Assembly: GCA_044229975.1 (NCBI GenBank)
Contig: JBGARZ010000001.1
Span: 832,001-896,000 of the forward strand
DNA: 64,000 nucleotides
DNA from: Polyangiales bacterium
GTDB taxonomy: Bacteria; Myxococcota_A; Polyangia; Polyangiales; Ga0077539
Direction: 5' to 3'
Position numbers and translations under genes: made by a program. Positions 1-10,438 of the stretch are shown here, piece after piece; within the stretch, counting starts at the first letter, position 1, and each line of letters opens with the position of its first letter. The notes beneath the pieces were generated by a model. It was not told the DNA's origin. It made no database searches and saw nothing but the letters and a program-made list of their open reading frames with translations.

Positions 1-1
1 C

Positions 2-3000
2 CTCATCGTTCCGAGCGGCGCCGACCACGTGGTGCTCATCGACTTCGGACTCGCCCACGGGTCCATGGGTGCGGCCTCGCACGTGCGCGGCGGAACCCTC
101 GGCTTCATGCCCCCGGAGCGCCAGGCGCTGCTGCTCGCGGGCGAACCGCTCCCGCCCGACCCCCGCGCCGACGTCTTCGCCCTCGCGGTCTCCCTCCGCG
201 TCATCCTCGCGGGCGGAACCATCCCCCCCATCGGCTCCCCTCCCCAGCCCAACGTCGCAGCCGACGACGACCTCCGAGCGCTCTGGGCCCTCACCGAGCG
301 CGGCGCCGCCGAACAACCCGGCCGCCGCTTCGCCACCATGGACGACCTCCTTGCGGCCCTCGGTGGTGAGGGCGATGGCGCGTCCCCGAGCTTCCGTCCG
401 CCGTCCATGCCAAGCCGCGTGGTGCTGCGCCCCGAAGGCCGCGAGCCCGAGCTCGGAACGCTCCTCGACGCCGTCGCCCGACGCCTCGTACGCCGCGACG
501 GGTCGCTCGCCGCCGCCGTGGTGCTCGGCGAAGAAGGCAGCGGGCGCACGACGCTGCTGCGCGAGATCGCGTGGCGCGCACAGCTCAGAGGCATCCAGAC
601 GCTGCGCATCCAGGGTGAGCCCGGCGAAGGGCCCGCGCGGCGACTGCGCGAAGGCGCGACGGTGCTCTCGGGTCGGGCCGTCGCCCCCAACGCGCTCGAA
701 GACCTCTCGGCGGCGCTGCGGGAAGCCGCGCGCACGGCACCCGTGCTGGTGCTGGCGGACGACCTCGACCGCGCCGACCCCGCGGTGCACGCGCTGCTGC
801 GCTCGGTGGCCTACGCGTGCGAGGCCGACGAGCCCCTGCTGGTGGTGGGGACGGCGCGCACGGCGGAGGGCGTCGCGGCGCTGGAAGCGACGCTGCGGGT
901 GGAGCTCGGTCCGCTCGATCAGGCCGCGGTGGCGGCGCTCTGCGCGCAGACGCTCGGATCGGTGGAGCCCGCGGTGGTGCTCGCGGTGCGTCGTCGCTCG
1001 GGCGGTCTGCCGCTGGCGGTGCACGAGCTGCTCGACGCCCTCGCGCGGTCGGGCGCGGTGTCGCCCGCGGACGTCGAGGCGACGGAGTTCAGCGGGCGGG
1101 CGCGGGACATGGTGGCGCGTCGCATGGCGGTGCTGCCGGCGCGCGTGACGGCGGCCGTGGCGGTGGTGGCGATGCTCGGCGGCGAGGCGACGCCCGAGCG
1201 GGTCAGCGCGGCCATCGAGGACGAAGGGGCGCTCGCCGAGGCGCGGCGCGAGGGCGTGCTGGGCCGCGAACCCGACGGGCGCTGGATGCTGGCGCGCGGG
1301 GCGCTGGAGGCGACGGTGCGCGCGGCGGTGGGCGACGCGCGGTGGCTGACGACGGCGCGGCGGGTGGCCGAGGCGCTGGAGGCGCTGCGGGCGCCGGTGA
1401 CGCTGCGGGCGACAGCGTGGCTGCGGGCGGGCGAGGTCGCGCGGGCGCGGGCGCTGTCGGCCGAAGCGGTGACGGCGCTGCGGCAGGAGGGCCTGCCGAT
1501 GGCGGCGGTGACGCTGCTGGAGGCGCTGCGCGTGGCCGACCCGGAGGGCACGGCGGCCGAGGCGCGCTTCGAGGAGGCCGAGCTGCTGCACGAGGCGGGG
1601 CTGATGCCGAGGGCCGAGGCGCTGGCCCTCTCGCTGGCCGAGCGCGGCGACGCGACGGGAACGCGCGCGACGCTGCTCTACGGTCGGCTGCGACGACTGG
1701 CGGGTGACCTCGACACGGCCGAGGCGTGGCTCACGCGGGCGCACGCGGCGGCGACCGGGAGCGCGCCCGACCTCGCGGCCGAGGCGCTGACGGAGGCCGC
1801 GCGGGTGAGCGTGGCGCGCGGCGACTACGCGACGGCGGTGGCGCGCTGCGAGGCGGCGATGGCAGACGCCGAGGGCGCGAAGGCGCGGGCCGAGGCGCAG
1901 GCGCTCGGGGGGCTCGGGCTGGTGTTTGCGGGCGACGCGCCGAAGGGCACGGCGTGGTTGGAGGAGGCGCGGGCGGTGTACGCGTCGATGGCGCTGCCAC
2001 GCGAGGAGGCGACGCTGCTGGCGTACCTGGCCATCGCGCGCGAGAAGGAGGGCGACCTGGAGGGCGCCCGCGCGCTGCACGAGCGATCGCTGGAGCGGGC
2101 GCGCACGGCGGGCGATCTGCGGGCGATGGTGACGGCGCGCATCAACGTCGGGCACGTGGCGCAGCGCATGGGCGACCTCGGGGCCTCGCTGGAAAACGAT
2201 CGCGCGGCGCTGCGACTCGCGCAGCGATCGGGGCTGCGGCCGGCGGTCATCAACGCGCGGCTCAACATGGCGAGCCAGCTCATTCGCATCGGCAGCCTCG
2301 ACCGCGCGCGGGCCGAGCTCGACGCGGTGCTGGTGCTCGCGCGCGAGACGCAGGCGCACGAGCTGGCGGCGTCGGCGACGCTGATGCTCGGCGTAACGAG
2401 GGCGCGCGGCGGGGAGGTCGACGCGGGCCTCGCGCTCATCGCGGAGTCCGAAGCGCAGTTCGAGGCGATGGGGCAGGCCGACGACGCGGCGGACGCGGGG
2501 CTCGACGCGGCCGAGGCGCTGCTCGATCGGAGCGCGAGCGGCGACGTCGACCGGGCGCGCGAGGCCCTCGGTCGGGCGACACGACGGGGAGAGCTCGGGC
2601 TGCGGTCGTGCCGCGCGGCGCTGCTGGAGGCGCGGTGTCTTCTGGTGGGCGGCGGGGCGCGCGAGGCGATGGCGCGCGCGACGGTGGCCATCACCGAGGC
2701 GGAGGCGGGACGGGACTGGGAGGTTCACTCGCAGGCGCTGGCGGTGAGGGCGCAGGCGCTGGCGGCGACGGGCGCCGAGCTGCATGCGAGGAAGGATCGC
2801 GAGCGCGCGCTGGAGGTGCTCGAAGAGAAGGCGATGCTGCTGCCGCCGGACCTGCGCGGGGCGTTCTGGGGGGTTCCGCGGCGGGCGTCGCTGCGGGCGT
2901 CACTCGGGACGCAGGGCGTGGCGCCGGGGGCGTCGGAGATCGTCATCGACCCGCAGGCGGTGAAGCGCGCGACGGCGATGGGGCGCGCGGCGCGGGCGGG

Positions 3001-4618
3001 CGCGACGGTCAACGGCCCGACGCTGATGGCCAACGACGAGCGGCTGTTGTTGCTGCTCGACCTGTCGCGACGGCTCGGCGAAGAGGACGGCCTGGAGCGG
3101 GTGCTCGACCAGGCGGTGCGAAGCGCGGTGGAGCTCACCAACGCCGAGCGCGGCGCGCTGTTGTTGGCGGGCGACGCGGGCCTCGTGCTGCGGGCGCGGG
3201 TGGGCCCGCGGCAGGGCGACGGGCCGGACGACCAGGTGTCGCGCTCCATCGCCGACACGGTGTGGATCGACGGCGAGCCCGTGGTGACGCTCGACGCCAA
3301 AGGGGACCGGCGGTTCGCGGAGTTTCGCTCGGTGCACGAGCTCGGGGTGACGGCGGCTGCTGGCGTTCCGATGCGCTTTCGCGGGCGCGTGGTGGGCGTG
3401 CTGCTGGTGGAGAGCCGACGACGCAAGGTGGCGTGGGCGGCCTCGGACGTGTCGCTGATGATGGCCTTCGCCGAGCAGGCGGCCATCGCGGTGGAGCACC
3501 AGCGCCTCGTCGGAGAGCTCGAAGCCCGGACGGGTGAGCTCGAAGCGGCGCGACGCTCGCTGGAGTCGCTGCTCCAGTCGCGCGACCACGAGCTGCAGGC
3601 GACGCGCACCTCGCTGGTGCGAGCGCAGGACGCGCTCAACCGACGCTTCGCCCCGGCGGGCGTGATCGCCGGGACCGAGACGATGCGAAGGCTCTTCGCG
3701 CTGGTGGAGCGGGTGCGCGACGCAGACGTCCCGGTGGTGGTCGAGGGCGAGTCGGGGACGGGCAAGGAGCTGGTGGCGCGGGCGATACACCACTCGGGTC
3801 AACGGGCGCGCGGGCCCTTCGTGGTGGTGCACTGCGGGGCCATTCCCGAGTCGCTGCTGGAGAGCGAGCTCTTCGGTCACGTGCGCGGGGCCTTCACGGG
3901 CGCCGACCGCGACCGCAAGGGCCTCATCGTGAGCGCCAACGGCGGAACGCTCCTCCTCGACGAGCTCGCCGAGATGTCGCCGCGGATGCAGGTGGAGCTG
4001 CTGCGGGTGTTGCAGGAGCGGAAGGTTCGCCCCGTCGGGTCGGAGCACGACGAGACCGTGGACGCGCGCATCGTGGCCGCCACGCAGCGCCCGCTCGCCG
4101 ACCTCGTCCGCGAGGGCCGCATCCGCGAAGACCTCTTCTATCGCCTCTCGGTGGTGACGCTGCGGGTGCCGCCGTTGCGCGAGCGGCTGGAGGACATCCC
4201 CGCCCTCGCGGCGCACTTCCTGGCGGCCTTCGCCGACGCCCAGTCGACGCCGCGCAAGCGCCTCTCGCGCGAGGCGATGTCGCGGCTGCTCGCGGCCGAG
4301 TGGCCGGGCAACGTGAGGCAGCTCCAGCACGTGCTGGAGAGCGCAGCGGTGCTGGCCGACGGGCCGGTGATCGAGGCCGAGGCGCTGGCGCTGCCGCGGG
4401 CTTCGACGCTGGTGTCGCCGTCGACCGTGGCGGCCGTGACGGCGGCGCCCGCGGTGGGCGGTGCGTTTACAGCGGTGCGTAAGGCGAGCGAGCGCCAGCG
4501 CATCGTCGACGCCCTCGAACAGGTCAACTGGAACAAGGTCCGCGCAGCGGTTGTTCTGGGGATGCCGCGGCGCACGCTGTACCGGCGGCTCAAGGAGTAC
4601 GGGCTGTTGGACGAATAG
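2..4618 (+). CDS. Ser/Thr kinase-AAA-TPR-GAF-sigma54 enhancer-binding activator (5' truncated by window edge)
   Basis: Kinase motifs LIDFGLA, GTLGFMPPE and ADVFAL; P-loop GEEGSGRT; TPR-like helices; GAF region; GESGTGKE, GAFTGA and WPGNVRQL; Fis-type HTH at the C-terminus. Frame is open from position 2. Confidence 0.93.
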   Translation, partial: LIVPSGADHVVLIDFGLAHGSMGAASHVRGGTLGFMPPERQALLLAGEPLPPDPRADVFALAVSLRVILAGGTIPPIGSPPQPNVAADDDLRALWALTERGAAEQPGRRFATMDDLLAALGGEGDGASPSFRPPSMPSRVVLRPEGREPELGTLLDAVARRLVRRDGSLAAAVVLGEEGSGRTTLLREIAWRAQLRGIQTLRIQGEPGEGPARRLREGATVLSGRAVAPNALEDLSAALREAARTAPVLVLADDLDRADPAVHALLRSVAYACEADEPLLVVGTARTAEGVAALEATLRVELGPLDQAAVAALCAQTLGSVEPAVVLAVRRRSGGLPLAVHELLDALARSGAVSPADVEATEFSGRARDMVARRMAVLPARVTAAVAVVAMLGGEATPERVSAAIEDEGALAEARREGVLGREPDGRWMLARGALEATVRAAVGDARWLTTARRVAEALEALRAPVTLRATAWLRAGEVARARALSAEAVTALRQEGLPMAAVTLLEALRVADPEGTAAEARFEEAELLHEAGLMPRAEALALSLAERGDATGTRATLLYGRLRRLAGDLDTAEAWLTRAHAAATGSAPDLAAEALTEAARVSVARGDYATAVARCEAAMADAEGAKARAEAQALGGLGLVFAGDAPKGTAWLEEARAVYASMALPREEATLLAYLAIAREKEGDLEGARALHERSLERARTAGDLRAMVTARINVGHVAQRMGDLGASLENDRAALRLAQRSGLRPAVINARLNMASQLIRIGSLDRARAELDAVLVLARETQAHELAASATLMLGVTRARGGEVDAGLALIAESEAQFEAMGQADDAADAGLDAAEALLDRSASGDVDRAREALGRATRRGELGLRSCRAALLEARCLLVGGGAREAMARATVAITEAEAGRDWEVHSQALAVRAQALAATGAELHARKDRERALEVLEEKAMLLPPDLRGAFWGVPRRASLRASLGTQGVAPGASEIVIDPQAVKRATAMGRAARAGATVNGPTLMANDERLLLLLDLSRRLGEEDGLERVLDQAVRSAVELTNAERGALLLAGDAGLVLRARVGPRQGDGPDDQVSRSIADTVWIDGEPVVTLDAKGDRRFAEFRSVHELGVTAAAGVPMRFRGRVVGVLLVESRRRKVAWAASDVSLMMAFAEQAAIAVEHQRLVGELEARTGELEAARRSLESLLQSRDHELQATRTSLVRAQDALNRRFAPAGVIAGTETMRRLFALVERVRDADVPVVVEGESGTGKELVARAIHHSGQRARGPFVVVHCGAIPESLLESELFGHVRGAFTGADRDRKGLIVSANGGTLLLDELAEMSPRMQVELLRVLQERKVRPVGSEHDETVDARIVAATQRPLADLVREGRIREDLFYRLSVVTLRVPPLRERLEDIPALAAHFLAAFADAQSTPRKRLSREAMSRLLAAEWPGNVRQLQHVLESAAVLADGPVIEAEALALPRASTLVSPSTVAAVTAAPAVGGAFTAVRKASERQRIVDALEQVNWNKVRAAVVLGMPRRTLYRRLKEYGLLDE

Positions 4619-4648
4619 TCGGGCTGTGCCGTAGTGTGCCGACTCGTC

Positions 4649-5173
4649 ATGGCAGCGCACCGCCGACCCGCCACCGATGTCGCGCGTGAGGTGTTCGGGG
4701 CACCGCGCTCCGGCGATGGCCCGCACCGTGCAGCCAGGGGACGTGTGTGGTCGGCGACGAAGCGGTGGTCGTGTCTTGCTGTGGTGTTGGGTCTGGGTTG
4801 TGTGTTCACGACCCGTCCGATGATTCCACTGCGCGACGACGACGCGGGTAACTACAACCCTGCCGCCGGCGCGGACGCAGGCCGCGGTGGGGGTGGTGAT
4901 GGCGGGGTGGTGGGGGTCGCCGACGCGTCGGTCCCGTCGTTCGATGTGGCCGCGAGCGATGGTCCGCCGGAGGCCCAGGATGCCGCGGGAGGGTCGTTCG
5001 ACTCGCACTGTTTCCGGATGGCGTCCGACGGCGGCGACGCGGGGTACGTCGATGAGGACGGCGCGCCCTGCATCCCGAACGCGGACGGCGGACGCGGTGA
5101 CGTCCCGGACGCGAGCGACGCGGACGCGGCGAGGGACACGGCGGGTGACGGCGTGACGTCGGGGGCGCTGTGA
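4649..5173 (+). CDS. putative lipoprotein with Asp/Ala/Gly-rich tail (start uncertain)
   Basis: LAVVLGLGC lipobox followed by VFTTRPMIP; paralogous to the next gene. Confidence 0.6.
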   Translation: MAAHRRPATDVAREVFGAPRSGDGPHRAARGRVWSATKRWSCLAVVLGLGCVFTTRPMIPLRDDDAGNYNPAAGADAGRGGGGDGGVVGVADASVPSFDVAASDGPPEAQDAAGGSFDSHCFRMASDGGDAGYVDEDGAPCIPNADGGRGDVPDASDADAARDTAGDGVTSGAL

Positions 5174-5628
5174 TCGCTGCGCGATGGATGGTGGTCGGCG
5201 CGCTGCTCGCGGGGTGTTCGTTCACGACGAAGCCGATGATCCCGATCGATCCGGACACGGAAAACCGCCTGGACGCCGGGCTGGCGCTCGGGTCCGACGT
5301 GGGGACCTCCGCGGACAGTGGAGCGATCGCTCGGACCGACGCGGGCGCCCCGGCGGACCGCGCGACACCGGACCTCGACGCGGCCCCGCCGTCGGACGCG
5401 GGCGCCACCGGGGTGCCCGACGGTCCGGCCTTCGCGGACGCGCCGACTCCCGCCGACGCGAGCGGCATGGACGCCGGCACCGTCGACGCGGGCAGTGCGG
5501 ACGCGGGCGTGCCGACAGACTGCGGCGCGGACGATGGTGGCGACGGCGGATGGTGCGACGAGGACGCTCCCGTCGACGCGTCTACGAACGACGCCGACGC
5601 GACCGATCACCACGTCAGCGACACATAG
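5170..5628 (+). CDS. putative lipoprotein, paralogue of the upstream gene
   Basis: LLAGC lipobox followed by SFTTKPMIP; GTGA overlap with the upstream stop. Confidence 0.7.
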   Translation: MIAARWMVVGALLAGCSFTTKPMIPIDPDTENRLDAGLALGSDVGTSADSGAIARTDAGAPADRATPDLDAAPPSDAGATGVPDGPAFADAPTPADASGMDAGTVDAGSADAGVPTDCGADDGGDGGWCDEDAPVDASTNDADATDHHVSDT

Positions 5629-5631
5629 GCG

Positions 5632-7377
5632 CTACCGGCGAAGCCACGGGGCGTAGCCGAGGGCGCGGCGTTCGCAGACGGCGGCGACGGTGGACTGTCC
5701 CTGCGAGCGCGCGGCGGCGGCGAGGGTGACCCAGTTGCGGGCGTAGCGTTCGCGGGCGACGGCCTGCCACGGGGCGGCGGTGCCGGTCGTCGGTCGCATG
5801 CGGAAGCCCTGGAAGCGCGCCTCGTTGTCGGCGAGCACGTCGCGCAGCGGCGGCGGGGGTGTGCCGTCGGGCAACACGCGGACGAGGGTTCCGAGGGGGT
5901 AGGTCGGCAGCGCGTAGACGATGGCCTGCGAGAACACCTCCGCCAGGAAGAGCGGGCGCCCGGTGGCCATGACGGCGCGGGCGAGCGCCACGCTGTCGAC
6001 GGAGCCGCGACGCGGTGGCGGGAGCGCGACGCCGAGCTGCGCGGACACCCGCACGCGGTACGGGTCGAGGTGCAGGAGCGAGGGGTTGATGGTGACCACA
6101 TCGGCGCGCAGGCCGAGGGCGTGGCGGGTGTAGAGGGTTCCGAAGGTGACGTCGTCGCTGGTGGTGAGGAGCACGGCGCGCGGCGGCAGCGTCTCGATGG
6201 TGTCGAGGAGGTAGTGCTCGACGTCGGGCGCGTGCTGGGTCTGCACCTCACCGCGGCTGAGCCCGATGCCCACGGCGGCGAAGGCGGCGACGAGCAGCAG
6301 GCGCAGCCGCGGGTCGAGCGCGACGTTGTGCACCACGCGGTCGAAGCCCATCGCCACGGGGACCACCAGCAGCGTGAGCGGGAGGAGATAGAAGCGCGCG
6401 ACGACGGCGGCCCCGACGCCCACGAGGGGAAGGTTGAAGCGCGCGACGAGCAGCGGCCCGGCGACGAGCAGCGACCCGACGAGCGCGACGGTGTGCGCGC
6501 GGCGCGAGCGGCCGGTGAGGGCGGTGACGAGGCCCACGAGCGCGAGGATGACGCCGACGCCGCGTGACTCGCTCCAGAGCCCTTCGGCGAGCGCGACGAG
6601 GTGGGCGCCCGGCGCGAGAGGTCGCGGGGCGGCGGAGAGCGAGAGGGTTCCGTAGTCGCGGCGGAGGACGTGGTGCACGAGGCCGCCGAGGGTGCTGGTG
6701 TTGCCCCAGAGCATGCGATCGCCGCCGAGGCGGGCGACGACGACGAGCGACGCGTAGTTGGCGATGCCAGGGAGCGCGGCGAGCACGGCGAGGGCGGCCG
6801 CGCGGGCGGGACGCGCCGAGGCGCGGGCTTCGCGGACGAGGGCGAAGAGGCCGATGGGCGCGAGGGCGACGCAGGAGAGGTGGTTGCCGAGGCCGACGCC
6901 CGCGACGGCGCCGAGGGCGACGCAACGAAGGACGGGGGTGAGCGGGGCGAAGGGCGCGCCGAACCACAGCATGAGCGCGGCGACGAGGGTGTTGAGGGCG
7001 AAGACCTCGGCCGCGGTGGAGAGGCTCCACGGGAGCGTGGCCGTGGCGAAGAGGGTGGTGGCGAGCAGGGCGCTCCAGGCGGAGGCGCCCCACGCGCGGG
7101 CGGCCATGTAGAGCGCGGCGACCGCAGCAAGACCGAGCAGCGTGGTGGCGATGGCGGCGCCGTGCGCGGGCGACGACGCGGGGACGAACGACAGCGCGCG
7201 AAGGTACAGCGAGTAGACGGGGTAGCCCGACGGGTGCGCGACGCCCCAGCGGGCGAAGAGGGTGGCGAACTCGGGGTTGTCGCCGCCCTGCACATGCGGG
7301 CTCACGGTGGAGAGCCACGCCACGGCGATGGCGGCGAAGGCCAGCGGCGGTACCCATCGGGGGAGCTCGTCACGCAT
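5632..7377 (-). CDS. DUF2723 / TMEM260-like GT-C membrane glycosyltransferase
   Basis: GGDNPEFATL...GVAHPSGYPVY motif, AEVFALN, multiple TM segments. Confidence 0.85.
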   Translation of the reverse strand: MRDELPRWVPPLAFAAIAVAWLSTVSPHVQGGDNPEFATLFARWGVAHPSGYPVYSLYLRALSFVPASSPAHGAAIATTLLGLAAVAALYMAARAWGASAWSALLATTLFATATLPWSLSTAAEVFALNTLVAALMLWFGAPFAPLTPVLRCVALGAVAGVGLGNHLSCVALAPIGLFALVREARASARPARAAALAVLAALPGIANYASLVVVARLGGDRMLWGNTSTLGGLVHHVLRRDYGTLSLSAAPRPLAPGAHLVALAEGLWSESRGVGVILALVGLVTALTGRSRRAHTVALVGSLLVAGPLLVARFNLPLVGVGAAVVARFYLLPLTLLVVPVAMGFDRVVHNVALDPRLRLLLVAAFAAVGIGLSRGEVQTQHAPDVEHYLLDTIETLPPRAVLLTTSDDVTFGTLYTRHALGLRADVVTINPSLLHLDPYRVRVSAQLGVALPPPRRGSVDSVALARAVMATGRPLFLAEVFSQAIVYALPTYPLGTLVRVLPDGTPPPPLRDVLADNEARFQGFRMRPTTGTAAPWQAVARERYARNWVTLAAAARSQGQSTVAAVCERRALGYAPWLRR

Positions 7378-7442
7378 CGGCGGGTACTGCGGCGGACGCT
7401 ACCACGCGGGGCGATGCGCTCGGATGGTGGTAACGTCGCGGC

Positions 7443-7673
7443 GTGCTGCTCCGACGCTGCGTGCTGTTGCTGGCGCTTGCCTCCGCCGCGTGTGTGTCCG
7501 CCCCCGAGGCGACGCGCGCGGGCGGCGAGGCGTGCCGAAGGGATGAGGACTGCAACGGGGGCGCGACCTGCGGGCGGCTCAAGCTCTGCGTGTTGAGCTA
7601 CTGCGCCGAGGACGAGGTGTTTCGGGTGTGCCCCGACGGGCGCTACCCCGACGCGGGCGTCGCGCGGGACTGA
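7443..7673 (+). CDS. small Cys-rich lipoprotein
   Basis: LALASAAC signal; CRRDEDC...C...C...C...C pattern. Confidence 0.65.
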   Translation: MLLRRCVLLLALASAACVSAPEATRAGGEACRRDEDCNGGATCGRLKLCVLSYCAEDEVFRVCPDGRYPDAGVARD

Positions 7674-7684
7674 GGCAGGGACTG

Positions 7685-9085
7685 ATGGTGTCGGCAACGA
7701 AGAGGGTCACCCCGGGCGAGGCGTCGAGGCTCGGGGTCTACTACCGGTCGGTGAGCGTGGAGAACGTGCGTTGCTTCGCCGACGCGCAGACGCTCCCCCT
7801 CGCTGACAACGACGGGAAGCCGTACCACTGGACATTGCTGCTCGGAGAGAACGGGACGGGGAAGACGACGCTGCTGCATGCGCTGGCTGCGTTGAGCTGG
7901 CGTGAGCGGCGACCGGACAACCCGAGCACCCCAACGGACCATCCGAGGTTCCCCAGACCGATGGATGAGTGGGCGCAACTCAACTCCCCGTTTGATCCGC
8001 AGTCGTGGACACATCTGCGCTGTTCCAGTGTTGTGTCGCGCGGCTTGAAGTCCCGCGTCCTCCACGATCTCGAAGTCCGGTTTGGGCTACAGGGGAAGAA
8101 CTTCAAGGGGGGAAGCTCGGGCACTATCGGGGATGGAAGGACCGCGGAGGTCCTGTGCGCCTACGGACCCATGCGGCGCTCGATCGACGCGCGGCTCGGC
8201 GCGTCGGACGCCCGCAAGGACGAGGTGATCGACTTTCTCGAAGGGAAGGTGACGAGCCTCGACGTTGAGGAGTGGTTCCTTCAGCGTGACTATCTGGCCT
8301 CCAGCGAGGCGACAGAGCGCTCCGCCCGCGACCAGGCGCGGCGCTGGTTCGCCGTCGCGAAGGAGACGGTGCTGTCGATCCTGCCAGGAGTCACCGACCT
8401 CGTCCCTCGCTCCACCGGCGGCCCGTCCGGGCAGATCCGTCTCTACGCAGTCACCGCCCACGGAACCGTTCCCTTCCGTGAGCTCGGCTTCGGCATGCAG
8501 TCGACGCTCGCGTGGGTGATCGACCTCGCGGTTCGGATGATGACCGCCTACCCCGAAAGCACCGACCCGCTGAGCGAGCCCGCGGTCTGCCTCGTCGACG
8601 AGATCGACCTCCATCTTCATCCGCGGTGGCAGCGCGAGCTGCTCCAGAAGCTCTCGGCGCGCTTCCCGAACGTGCAGTTCGTCGCCACGGCGCACAGCCC
8701 GCTCATCGTGCAGGCCGCGCCCGAGGCCAACGTGGTCGTGCTCCGCCGCGTGGGCGAGCGGGTGGTCATCGATCGGGCGCCAGAGTCTGTGCGCCATTGG
8801 CGGGTCGATCAGATCCTGACCAGCGACCTCTTCGGTCTCCCCAGCGCCCGACCGGCGGAGCTCGACGCGCTCATCGCCGAGCGCGAACACCTTCTCGCGA
8901 AGAGCGAACCGACCGTGACGGAGATCGCGCGCCTGAAGGCGATTCGCTCGGACATCGGCGCGCACCCGGCGGGCGAGTCTCCGACCGTGCTCGAAGCCGA
9001 AGAACTCCTGTTGGGCCTCACCCGCGCGAGGACGGAGATCGTACTGAAGAACGGCGGCGCGAACGGGAAGAGGAGGAAGGCGTGA
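7685..9085 (+). CDS. ABC/AAA_21-type ATPase, PtuA-like
   Basis: ENVRCF, Walker A GENGTGKTT, signature ELGFGMQS, Walker B LVDEIDLHLHPRWQR, ATAHSP. Confidence 0.88.
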   Translation: MVSATKRVTPGEASRLGVYYRSVSVENVRCFADAQTLPLADNDGKPYHWTLLLGENGTGKTTLLHALAALSWRERRPDNPSTPTDHPRFPRPMDEWAQLNSPFDPQSWTHLRCSSVVSRGLKSRVLHDLEVRFGLQGKNFKGGSSGTIGDGRTAEVLCAYGPMRRSIDARLGASDARKDEVIDFLEGKVTSLDVEEWFLQRDYLASSEATERSARDQARRWFAVAKETVLSILPGVTDLVPRSTGGPSGQIRLYAVTAHGTVPFRELGFGMQSTLAWVIDLAVRMMTAYPESTDPLSEPAVCLVDEIDLHLHPRWQRELLQKLSARFPNVQFVATAHSPLIVQAAPEANVVVLRRVGERVVIDRAPESVRHWRVDQILTSDLFGLPSARPAELDALIAEREHLLAKSEPTVTEIARLKAIRSDIGAHPAGESPTVLEAEELLLGLTRARTEIVLKNGGANGKRRKA

Positions 9086-9852
9086 TTCGCGTCGTGCGCC
9101 CAGCGACGGCGCCGACGGTGCTCTCGTCGGGAGTCACCGAGACCGCTCGCTGGGTGGGTGCCGTACGAGCGCAGCGAGAGGCGTACCGAACAGGGACGAA
9201 GACGGTCACCTTCGACGAAGACCTCTACCGTCACCCGACGGTGAAGCAGTCGTTGCTCCAGGCGCAGCGAGCGAAGTGCGCCTTCTGCGAGTCAGTCGTC
9301 ACCCACGTCTCCTATGGCGACGTCGAGCACTTCCGTCCCAAGGGAGGGTTTCGGCAACGGCGACGCGGCCCCCTCCGGCGGCCGGGATATTACTGGCTCG
9401 CGTATGCTTGGGAGAACCTCCTGATTTCGTGCGAGCTCTGCAACCGGCGCTTCAAGCGCAACTGGTTTCCGCTGGAGCGAGGTACGACGCGCGTGCGGGG
9501 CCCGGCCGGAGACATCGCGCAGGAGCGCCCGCTGCTGGTGAACCCCGCCGCGGACGACCCCGCCTCGTTCATCACGTTTCACGAGCACCGCGCGGTCGCC
9601 GTCGACGGAGCCTCCAGGGGCGCGGCTTCCATTTGCGCGTACGGGCTCAACCGCCAGACGATCCGAACGCGTCGCCGCAGCGTGATCGAACTCCTCGAAC
9701 GCATGCTCGACCTCATCGCAGAACTGCCAGCCAACCATCCCAAGGTCGTCGACGCCGAAGAGTTTCTTCGGCGTCTGGGCGCTCCGAGCGGCGAGTACTC
9801 GGCGATGGTGCGGGCCTATCTCGTTGCCCGTCGTAGTTCCGCCGTCCGGTGA
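9082..9852 (+). CDS. HNH endonuclease, PtuB-like
   Basis: KCAFCES...DVEHFRPK...YYWLAYAWENLLISCELCNR; GTGA overlap with the ATPase stop and AGGAGG upstream. Confidence 0.88.
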   Translation: MIRVVRPATAPTVLSSGVTETARWVGAVRAQREAYRTGTKTVTFDEDLYRHPTVKQSLLQAQRAKCAFCESVVTHVSYGDVEHFRPKGGFRQRRRGPLRRPGYYWLAYAWENLLISCELCNRRFKRNWFPLERGTTRVRGPAGDIAQERPLLVNPAADDPASFITFHEHRAVAVDGASRGAASICAYGLNRQTIRTRRRSVIELLERMLDLIAELPANHPKVVDAEEFLRRLGAPSGEYSAMVRAYLVARRSSAVR

Positions 9853-9912
9853 CCGTCGCCACGACGGGGCCCGTTTGCACCGCGCCCACCCGGGAGTGTT
9901 GAGTCAACGACG

Positions 9913-10434
9913 ATGAGCTACGTGATGGTCGACGTCGAGTCCGACGGCCCGGTGCTGGGGCTGTACTCCATGGTCTCCTTCGGCGCGGTGGTGGTCACTC
10001 CCGCGCTCGACCGAACCTTCTACGGTCGCCTGCGCCCCGTCAGCGAGCGATGGATTCCCGAGGCCCTCGCGGTGAGCGGCCACAGCCGCGACGAGACGCT
10101 CACCTTCGACGACCCCGCGGAGGTGATGGCCCGCTTCGCCGCGTGGGGCGCCGCGGAGTGCGGTCGTCGGCCCCTCTTCATCTCGGACAACAACGGCTTC
10201 GACAGGGGCTTCATCAACTACTACTTCCACCGCTACGGCAGCGGAAACCCCTTCGGCCACAGCTCGCAAAACCTCGGCTCGCTCTACAAGGGCCTCGCGA
10301 AGGACACCTTCGTGAATTTCAAGCACCTCCGACAGACCGCGCACACCCACCACCCGGTGGACGACGCGCGGGGCAACGCCGAGGCGCTCCTGCGGATGAA
10401 GACCGAGCTCGGGCTGAAGATCTCCCTCGACTGA
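9913..10434 (+). CDS. DEDDh 3'-5' exonuclease/exoribonuclease
   Basis: VMVDVESDGP (Exo I), NNGFD (Exo II), HHPVDDA (Exo III). Confidence 0.85.
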   Translation: MSYVMVDVESDGPVLGLYSMVSFGAVVVTPALDRTFYGRLRPVSERWIPEALAVSGHSRDETLTFDDPAEVMARFAAWGAAECGRRPLFISDNNGFDRGFINYYFHRYGSGNPFGHSSQNLGSLYKGLAKDTFVNFKHLRQTAHTHHPVDDARGNAEALLRMKTELGLKISLD

Positions 10435-10438
10435 AGCG

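Noticed and set aside
7380..9912. Retron (Ec78-like) associated with the ATPase/HNH pair
   Set aside because: No reverse transcriptase and no evident msr/msd region
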